The notes under the pieces were generated by a model, which searched no databases, was not told the origin of the DNA, and worked only from the letters and a program-made list of their open reading frames with translations. Position numbers and translations under genes: made by a program. This document shows, one piece after another, positions 56,679 to 64,000 of a stretch of DNA of 64,000 nucleotides (the first letter of the stretch is position 1; each line of letters opens with the position of its first letter). Source of the stretch: Bacteroidota bacterium (GTDB taxonomy: Bacteria; Bacteroidota; Bacteroidia; Chitinophagales; Chitinophagaceae); the NCBI GenBank assembly GCA_043781975.1, contig JAYWAZ010000165.1, positions 9,144-73,143 of the forward strand, read 5' to 3'.

Positions 56679-57803
56679 ATGGAATTAAATGAATTGTACC
56701 GGCGGGCCCTGGACCTTGAAATGCTGAGCGTAGAAGAAGGAGTTTTCCTTTTTGAGAATGCGCCTCTGGCCGAATTGATGTATGTGGCGGATGAATTAAG
56801 GAAGAAGCAGGTGCCCCACGGAAAAGTTACCTGGCAGATCGACCGGAATGTGAATACCACCAATGTATGCATCGCTAACTGCAAGTTCTGCAATTTCTAC
56901 CGTGTGCCCGGGCATGCAGATGCCTATATCACCGATATAGAGACCTACAAAAAGAAGATTGAGGAAACGATCCGGTTCGGCGGCGACCAGCTGTTGCTGC
57001 AGGGCGGGCATCATCCCGAACTGGGACTGAAATTTTACACCGACCTTTTTAAACAGCTTAAAGCATTATACCCAGGTATCAAATTACATACTCTGGGCCC
57101 GCCCGAAGTGGCGCATATCACTAAACTGGAAAGGTCGACCCACCGGGAAGTGCTGATGGCATTGAAAGCAGCGGGGATGGACAGCCTTCCCGGCGCCGGT
57201 GCGGAGATACTAACGGATAGGGTAAGACGATTAATAAGCAAGGGAAAATGCGGGGCGCAGGAATGGCTGGACATCATGCATGAAGCGCATGAACTGGACA
57301 TCACCACCTCGGCCACGATGATGTTCGGCCACGTGGAGACCATTACCGAACGATTTGAACACCTGGTGAAACTCAGGGAGGTGCAAAGCCGCAAACCTCC
57401 GCAGGCAAAAGGATTCCTGGCCTTCATCCCCTGGACATTCCAGGACGTGGATACCCTGCTGGCCAGGATACGCGGCGTGCACAATCTGACCACATCGGAA
57501 GAATATATCCGTATGATCGCCCTTAGCCGCATCATGTTGCCCAACATCAAGAACATACAGGCCAGCTGGCTCACCGTGGGCAAGGCGGTGGCCCAATTAT
57601 GCCTGAACGCCGGTGCCAACGATTTCGGAAGCATCATGATCGAAGAGAATGTGGTGAGCGCTGCGGGTGCCCCTCACCGTTTTACCAGTACCACCATACA
57701 GGAAGCCATCAAAGCCGCCGGTTTTGAACCCCAGCTGCGCAACCAGCAATATGAATGGCGCGAGATACCCGAAGCCATCATTGAACAGGTGATCGATTAT
57801 TAA
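56679..57803 (+). CDS. mqnC: Cyclic dehypoxanthine futalosine synthase (CofH/MqnC radical SAM)
   Basis: RNVNTTNVCIANCKFCNF, LLQGGHHP, PGAGAEIL, ATMMFGH, GANDFGS.MIEENVV; TACTTTTG box at 56647 favours ATG 56679. Confidence 0.85.
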   Translation: MELNELYRRALDLEMLSVEEGVFLFENAPLAELMYVADELRKKQVPHGKVTWQIDRNVNTTNVCIANCKFCNFYRVPGHADAYITDIETYKKKIEETIRFGGDQLLLQGGHHPELGLKFYTDLFKQLKALYPGIKLHTLGPPEVAHITKLERSTHREVLMALKAAGMDSLPGAGAEILTDRVRRLISKGKCGAQEWLDIMHEAHELDITTSATMMFGHVETITERFEHLVKLREVQSRKPPQAKGFLAFIPWTFQDVDTLLARIRGVHNLTTSEEYIRMIALSRIMLPNIKNIQASWLTVGKAVAQLCLNAGANDFGSIMIEENVVSAAGAPHRFTSTTIQEAIKAAGFEPQLRNQQYEWREIPEAIIEQVIDY

Positions 57804-57826
57804 ACCTATCCTTTAAAAACTTAATT

Positions 57827-58150
57827 ATGAAGAACGAAACCTCCTTGAAGACCATACTGCACCGCTTCAGGATCGCGGGAATAGCTGAAGGCATCTCCTT
57901 CCTGGTATTGCTGCTGGTGGCCATGCCGCTGAAATATTTCTTTCATCTTCCCGAAGCGGTAAAGATATTCGGATGGATGCATGGTGCCCTGTTCGTTACC
58001 TTCATCTACCTGGCGTTTGACGTCATGGGAGCCCTTAAAAAAAAGTTGGGTTGGTTTGGCCGGGCCTTTGCCGCCGCCATCATCCCCTGCGGCACTTTTA
58101 TTTTCGACAGGCAGCTTAAAAGGGAAGAAGCGGTTTTGCCGGAAACATGA
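57827..58150 (+). CDS. DUF3817 membrane protein
   Basis: AEGISFLVLL.VAMPLKY, GWMHGALF, IPCGTF. Confidence 0.88.
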   Translation: MKNETSLKTILHRFRIAGIAEGISFLVLLLVAMPLKYFFHLPEAVKIFGWMHGALFVTFIYLAFDVMGALKKKLGWFGRAFAAAIIPCGTFIFDRQLKREEAVLPET

Positions 58151-58290
58151 TCCCGTAAATCACAGGCCCGCTTTGGCTCCCGCCCGCATTGAGCATATCC
58201 ATCCTGCATGATAATATTGCCGGAAGACAATCAACTATTTTTTCTAAATTTGTCGGGTCCTTTTTAACCCAGTTCATCAATATTATCGCC

Positions 58291-59610
58291 ATGTTCAAGA
58301 GTAAGTCTATCCTCATACTTTTATTGCTGCCAGTTTTCGGTACGGTTTCATTGAGCGCCGGCGGCCAGCAGAAAGAAAAAATATTCCGCGACCTGAACAA
58401 CCTTTTGATCAATACCGTTATGGACGACCTTTTTCCGCCCCCCATAACCAGTCGCATTTATGTTTACCCGCATATCGCTTTTTATGAATGCATCCGAAGG
58501 GATGACCCCGCCCTAAAGTCCTTCGCCGGCAAACTGAACGGCTTAAATACGATACCTGCACCTGGTAAACCGGTAGATAATTTTACCGCAGCCTGCGTTT
58601 CTTTCAGCTATGTTGCGCAAGCCCTGGTAGGAACAGAGTACAAAATAGAAGTTTGGCGCAAAGCTTTTACCGATTCCTTATCGTTGCATGCCGATGAAGA
58701 CATCACTAAAAACTCTATACAATACGGACACCAGGTGGCCGACAGCATCATCGCCTGGACAAAAAAAGACAATTACCTGAAGTCGCGTGGAATGATGCGC
58801 AACGTGCTTTCCCATAAGCCTGGCGCCTGGCAGCCCACACCGGTTGATTATGCGCAGGGATTAGAACCCAACTGGAATACCATCCGACCGTTAACACTAA
58901 CATCAGCATCACAATTTTCACCCAAAGAAAAACTGGTATACAGCAAATCAAAAACATCCCTGTTCTATAAAAATGTAAAGCAGGTATATACAATCGTCAA
59001 TACCTTGGACAGTTCCAGAAAATCCATCGCCCTCTACTGGGATGACAACCCCAATGTATCCGTATCCGACGGGCACCTCAATTATTTTATCCATAAGATA
59101 TCACCGAGTGGCCATTGGATGATGATCGCCCAGCAAGCCTGCCTGCAAAAGAACGAACCCGTTACCCGCAGTTCCTATGTTTGCACACTAACGGCGATCG
59201 CTCTTTTTGACGCCTTCATCTGTTGCTGGGATGAAAAATACAAGACCAACCTTATCCGCCCCATCACGATCATCAACCAATTGATTGACCCCCGGTGGAA
59301 GTCCTATATCCAAACACCGCCATTCCCCGAATTCACCAGCGGTCATGCCGTCATTTCCAATGCGGCAGCTACCATCCTCACTTCCCTGCTGGGTGATAAT
59401 TTTGATTTTACCGATGAAACAGAAATACCATTTGGAAACAAGGCCCGTCATTTCAAATCATTTTACGCGGCTTCCGCTGAATCTTCCGTGAGCCGCGTAT
59501 ATGGCGGCATCCATTATCCCGAAACTGCCCGTATCAGTATCGGCCAGGGAAAGGATATCGGAAATCATGTATTAAAAACTTTATACTTTTCGGCTATCTC
59601 CAAACAATAA
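58291..59610 (+). CDS. Vanadium-dependent haloperoxidase / PAP2-superfamily protein
   Basis: KYKTNLIRP, PPFPEFTSGH, SRVYGGIHY; TAAATTTG box at 58245 favours ATG 58291. Confidence 0.85.
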   Translation: MFKSKSILILLLLPVFGTVSLSAGGQQKEKIFRDLNNLLINTVMDDLFPPPITSRIYVYPHIAFYECIRRDDPALKSFAGKLNGLNTIPAPGKPVDNFTAACVSFSYVAQALVGTEYKIEVWRKAFTDSLSLHADEDITKNSIQYGHQVADSIIAWTKKDNYLKSRGMMRNVLSHKPGAWQPTPVDYAQGLEPNWNTIRPLTLTSASQFSPKEKLVYSKSKTSLFYKNVKQVYTIVNTLDSSRKSIALYWDDNPNVSVSDGHLNYFIHKISPSGHWMMIAQQACLQKNEPVTRSSYVCTLTAIALFDAFICCWDEKYKTNLIRPITIINQLIDPRWKSYIQTPPFPEFTSGHAVISNAAATILTSLLGDNFDFTDETEIPFGNKARHFKSFYAASAESSVSRVYGGIHYPETARISIGQGKDIGNHVLKTLYFSAISKQ

Positions 59611-59614
59611 GCAC

Positions 59615-62600
59615 ATGCCAAAACTGTATGCCCGTTTCTGTTCCATATTGTTACTTCTATTTTTTTCTGCAACGGTATGCGGACAGCAAAACAAGAAACT
59701 ATTCACCTTATTGCCTTCCACTTCCACGGGAGTGAACTTCAGGAACGATATTACCGAAGACGCCAACATGTATTATTACCTCTATGAATACCTCTATAAC
59801 GGGGCGGGGGTCAGTATCGGCGATTTTAACAATGACGGGCTGCCCGATCTTTATTTTTCGTCTAACCTTGGTTCCAACAAACTTTTTTTGAACGAAGGGA
59901 ACTTTCATTTTAAGGACATCACCAAATCGGCCGGTGTTGACGGAGGTGCCGGTTTAAAAACGGGCGTGAACGTGATCGACATCAATAACGACGGGTATCC
60001 CGATATTTTCATCTGCAAATCGGGGATGACCGATCCTAAACTCCGGAAAAAGATCTTATACATCAACAACCACGACCTGACCTTCACCAACAAGGCAGCA
60101 CAGTACGGGTTAGACGATGACAGTTACACCACGCAGGCCTATTTTTTTGATTACGACAAGGATGGCGACATGGATGTTTTCTTCGCCAATCACCCCAGGG
60201 ATTTTAGCAATGCGGTAGACATTGTTTTCACTCAAAAAAATGGTAAGCTGGAGCTCGCGCAAGACACCGCCCATCAATATATAAGTGATCGCCTGTTTGA
60301 AAACAGGAATGGTCATTTCGTTGATGTAACAAAAAAAGCGGGTATGCTCAGTCACGCCTTCGGACTCAGTGCCGCCATCTTTGATTTCAACAACGACGGC
60401 TGGCCCGACATCTTTGTGGCCAATGATTTTAACCAGCCCGACTTCCTTTACATCAACAATAAGAACGGCACTTTCACCAACCACCTGAAGGATTATTTCA
60501 AGCACACCAGTTTTTTTTCCATGGGTACTGATATGAACGATATCAACAATGACGGCCTTGAAGACCTGATGGTGCTCGACATGGCCATTGAAGACCCCGT
60601 GCGTCAGAAACAATTGTTCACACTCAATGTAAATTACGACAAGCAAAAGCTGATGGAACGGTACAACCTCTTCCTGCAATATACCCGCAATACCCTGCAA
60701 CTCAATAACGGCAACAACACTTTCAGCGATATCGCCTACCATGCGGGAATGTCGCAGACCGACTGGAGCTGGTGCCCCCTCATCGCCGATTTTGACAATG
60801 ACGGATGGAAAGACATGTATATCACCAACGGATTAAAGCGGGATATCACCGACTGGGATTACAAAGAGTTCGTCCTGGATTCGGTAAAGAATCTTTTTAG
60901 GAAAGGATTATCTGTAAACCTGGCCGAATGGTTCAACCAGATTCCTGTTACCCGGATCAAAAATTATTTTTATCACAATAACGGCACTTTAAGATTTGAC
61001 AACTATTCTGATACCTGGTGCGACCAGGTTCCTTCTTTTTCCAATGGGGCGGCCTACGTTGACCTCGATAATGACGGTGACCTGGACCTGGTGGTGAATA
61101 ATGTAGATGATGAGGCATTCATTTACAGGAATAACAACAATGAACTTAACCCCGCATCGCATTATATCAATTTCCGCTTCTTAAAGGACCGTCAGTCTCC
61201 TGCCGAGGTGTATGGCGCTTCCGTTAAACTGACGGACGCTAACGGTAACATACAGGTGCAGCATTATGACCCGCAGCGGGGTTATATGTCTACCGTTGAA
61301 CACCAGCTCCATTTTGGAACGGGTGAGCAATCAGTTATTCCCGCTGTTGAAATTATTTTCCCTTCACAAAAAAAGATAACGCTCAGCAATGTAAAGACCA
61401 ACCAGCTTGTTAAGGTATATGAATCGGATGCGATGTTACAATCTGCCGTTATTCCAGTGATCAAACCTTTGCTTAAAGACGTAACGGCACAAAATAAATT
61501 CAAATACACCCATGTTGAAAACGATTTCATCGATTTTAAAAGGGAGCCCCTCATTCCTTACCAGTGCAGCCGTAAAGGGCCCTACTACTCGCAGGCCGAT
61601 GTGAATGGCGATAAGAAGGAAGATGTTTTTATCGGGGGCGCGGCGGGTATAGCCGGAAAACTGATGATACAATCCGCCAACGGAACTTTTACTGAAAGCA
61701 GGCAGGATTGTTTTGAAAAGGACAAAGCAAAGGAAGATAACGGCGTTTTGTTCTTCGACGCGGATGGCGACGGGGATGCCGACCTTTACGTAGTGAGCGG
61801 TGGTGCGCAATTTCCGGCGGGCGATCACCTTTATCAGGACAGGTTATACATCAATGACGGGAAAGGGCATTTTACAAAAGCCATCAATGCATTACCAGTC
61901 GAAACAAACAACGGTTCCTGCGTGATACCACTGGATTTTAATGCTGACGGCGCTATTGATCTTTTTGTTGGCGGTGGTGTATTCCCCGGCAAATTCCCTT
62001 TACACGACAAGTGTATGTTGCTGCAGAATAACAAAGGTGTTTTTAGAGATGTGACCAATGAGATCGCCCCTGAGATCAACGATCTGGGCATCGTTAATTC
62101 AGCAACCTGGGCCGATATGGATGGTGATAAGATAAATGAACTGATCGTTACCGGAGAATGGATGGCGCCAACTATCTTCAAGATGGTGAACGGGAAGTTC
62201 AGGAAAATGAGCAATACGGTTCATTTTAATATTTCCGGAAAAGATACAGCTGCCAGCCTGGATGCCCTGAAGGGTTGGTGGAACTGTATCAAAGCGGTGG
62301 ATATCGACAACGACGGCGACCTTGACCTTATCATTGGTAACAGGGGAACCAATTCAAAAGTGAATGCGAATATGAATCATCCCTGCAAGATCTATGCGAA
62401 GGACTTCGATGGCAATGGAAGTTATGATGCGGTATTGGGTTATTATATCGGCGACAAGTGTTACCCTATGTTCAGTCGCGACCAGTTGATCGACCAGATG
62501 CCCATGTTCCGGAAAAAATATTATCGCTATAAGATGTATGCGGGCAGGACCATGGATGAATTGTTCACCCCGGAACAGCAGGTTGGGATGCAGACATTTT

Positions 62601-62971
62601 CGGCTGGTTGCTTTGAATCGGGTGTGCTGGTCAATGATGGCAATGGCAGTTATCATTTTCGGCCTCTTCCGGAAATGGCACAACTGTCAACCATAAACGA
62701 TTTCATTATGGATGATTTTAACGGTGATGGGATCAATGACATGCTGTTATGCGGCAATTCCAATGACGCCGACGCGGGCACGGGCAATTACGATGCCACG
62801 GCCGCGCTGCTTTTAATCGGCGACGGTAAAGGCGGCTTTAAGGTGGTGAAGCCGCTTGCATCAGGATTGAATATTCGGGGGGAGGTCAGGAAGATCGTTT
62901 ACCTGAAAGAAAGCGGAACCTTATTTTTTCTAAAGAACAGTGAGGGGGCTGAGGTGTTCTCGGTAAAATAA
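59615..62971 (+). CDS. VCBS/FG-GAP repeat protein with ASPIC-UnbV domain (CRTAC1-like)
   Basis: Many D.N.DG..D repeats, RGYMS...LHFG motif, signal peptide. Confidence 0.92.
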   Translation: MPKLYARFCSILLLLFFSATVCGQQNKKLFTLLPSTSTGVNFRNDITEDANMYYYLYEYLYNGAGVSIGDFNNDGLPDLYFSSNLGSNKLFLNEGNFHFKDITKSAGVDGGAGLKTGVNVIDINNDGYPDIFICKSGMTDPKLRKKILYINNHDLTFTNKAAQYGLDDDSYTTQAYFFDYDKDGDMDVFFANHPRDFSNAVDIVFTQKNGKLELAQDTAHQYISDRLFENRNGHFVDVTKKAGMLSHAFGLSAAIFDFNNDGWPDIFVANDFNQPDFLYINNKNGTFTNHLKDYFKHTSFFSMGTDMNDINNDGLEDLMVLDMAIEDPVRQKQLFTLNVNYDKQKLMERYNLFLQYTRNTLQLNNGNNTFSDIAYHAGMSQTDWSWCPLIADFDNDGWKDMYITNGLKRDITDWDYKEFVLDSVKNLFRKGLSVNLAEWFNQIPVTRIKNYFYHNNGTLRFDNYSDTWCDQVPSFSNGAAYVDLDNDGDLDLVVNNVDDEAFIYRNNNNELNPASHYINFRFLKDRQSPAEVYGASVKLTDANGNIQVQHYDPQRGYMSTVEHQLHFGTGEQSVIPAVEIIFPSQKKITLSNVKTNQLVKVYESDAMLQSAVIPVIKPLLKDVTAQNKFKYTHVENDFIDFKREPLIPYQCSRKGPYYSQADVNGDKKEDVFIGGAAGIAGKLMIQSANGTFTESRQDCFEKDKAKEDNGVLFFDADGDGDADLYVVSGGAQFPAGDHLYQDRLYINDGKGHFTKAINALPVETNNGSCVIPLDFNADGAIDLFVGGGVFPGKFPLHDKCMLLQNNKGVFRDVTNEIAPEINDLGIVNSATWADMDGDKINELIVTGEWMAPTIFKMVNGKFRKMSNTVHFNISGKDTAASLDALKGWWNCIKAVDIDNDGDLDLIIGNRGTNSKVNANMNHPCKIYAKDFDGNGSYDAVLGYYIGDKCYPMFSRDQLIDQMPMFRKKYYRYKMYAGRTMDELFTPEQQVGMQTFSAGCFESGVLVNDGNGSYHFRPLPEMAQLSTINDFIMDDFNGDGINDMLLCGNSNDADAGTGNYDATAALLLIGDGKGGFKVVKPLASGLNIRGEVRKIVYLKESGTLFFLKNSEGAEVFSVK

Positions 62972-63024
62972 ATTTAAATGGAATACAACCTTCTATATGC
63001 CGGTATCCGTAAAATAATTATTTC

Positions 63025-64000
63025 ATGAGAATAACACTTACCGGTCTTTTAATATGCATGGCTTTTGTGAATTCAGGCTTTTCACAGCCCAACGCACCCT
63101 TAAAACTGTTTACCGCCCTTCCTTCCAGCGAAACGGGGGTGAATTTCCGGAACGATGTAATTGAAAATGTAGATGTCTTCTACTATAAATATGAATATTT
63201 ATACAATGGGGCAGGAGTTGCCATTGGTGATATCAATAACGACGGGTTGCCGGATATTTATTTTTCTTCCACCCTTGGTTATAACAAACTATACCTGAAC
63301 CTCGGAAATTTGAAATTCAAGGATATTACAGAACAGGCCGGTGTGAAGGGTGTAAAGGGAATAATGACAGGGGTCAATATGATCGATATCAACAACGACG
63401 GGTTTTTGGATATCCTGGTCTGCAAATCAGACCCCTTCGACGTCAATTCAGGATCCAAGATCATCTATATCAACAACGGCAACGGTACATTCACCAACAG
63501 GGCCAAAGAATATGGACTGGATGATAACAGCTATTCCATCCAGGCTTATTTTTTTGATTATGATAATGATGGTGATATGGACGTGTTCTTTGTGAACCAT
63601 CCCCGCGATTTCACCAGTTCCATGGACATCAATGTAAAAATGGAAAAAGGGAAATTGGTAAGGATAGAAGATACGGTTACGGTAAAATCAAGTAATCGTC
63701 TGTACGAAAACAGGAATGGACATTTTGTAGATGTGACAAAAAAAGCTGGACTACTTTCCTACGAAGCCTTTGGCCTTAGTGCCGGTATTTATGATTTTAA
63801 CCGGGACGGCAGGCCCGATATCTATGTGGCCAATGACTTTAACAAACCCGACCGGCTGTACATAAATAAAGGCAATGGAACTTTTGCTGAAGAATTTAAT
63901 TCTTATTTTGACCATGGTTGTTTTTTCTCCATGGGCATGGATATTAACGACCTGAATAATGACGGGCAGGAAGATCTCTTTAACCTTGATATGGCTTCAG
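63025..64000 (+). CDS. Second VCBS/FG-GAP protein, tandem paralog (truncated by window end)
   Basis: Manual translation MRITLTGLLICM...TGVNFRNDV...YEYLYNGAGVAIGDINNDGLPDIYF, collinear with the previous gene. Confidence 0.9.
   Translation, partial: MRITLTGLLICMAFVNSGFSQPNAPLKLFTALPSSETGVNFRNDVIENVDVFYYKYEYLYNGAGVAIGDINNDGLPDIYFSSTLGYNKLYLNLGNLKFKDITEQAGVKGVKGIMTGVNMIDINNDGFLDILVCKSDPFDVNSGSKIIYINNGNGTFTNRAKEYGLDDNSYSIQAYFFDYDNDGDMDVFFVNHPRDFTSSMDINVKMEKGKLVRIEDTVTVKSSNRLYENRNGHFVDVTKKAGLLSYEAFGLSAGIYDFNRDGRPDIYVANDFNKPDRLYINKGNGTFAEEFNSYFDHGCFFSMGMDINDLNNDGQEDLFNLDMAS

Noticed and set aside
57035-57637. 200-aa antisense ORF
   Set aside because: Shadow of mqnC.
60110-60742. 210-aa antisense ORF
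   Set aside because: Shadow of the VCBS gene; Val/Ile richness mirrors Asp/Asn codons on the sense strand.

Overview
Bacteroidota chromosomal window, probably Chitinophagaceae-like, judged from gene content and TAnnTTTG promoter boxes. Positions 0.9-17.4 kb carry a complete alternative complex III (actABCDEF) plus A1-type cytochrome c oxidase super-operon with SCO and DUF420, and six of its longer spacers hold palindromic or heptamer repeats. A membrane-domain/PurN fusion and several secreted hydrolases follow. The strongest candidate for an undescribed system is a 7-gene minus-strand cluster at 23.5-29.5 kb. It couples a short-chain polyprenyl synthase and a geranylgeranyl-reductase-family enzyme to five hypothetical proteins without signal peptides. 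Four of these share an Ig-like motif, three have phasin-like N-terminal helices and two have Cys clusters, suggesting a protein-coated isoprenoid granule or scaffold. Other notable items: an AT-rich island with a 1132-aa P-loop (STAND-like) protein carrying seven 35-aa repeats; an ECF-sigma locus with an SprB-repeat lipoprotein ending in a CX4CH cytochrome-like domain next to a DUF5777 barrel; REP-like DNA inserted in frame in two enzymes; two broken genes; TMEM175 between an M16 peptidase pair; mqnC; and a haloperoxidase/VCBS cluster. No rRNA, tRNA, CRISPR array, transposase or prophage was seen. All family names come from motif recognition, not database searches.
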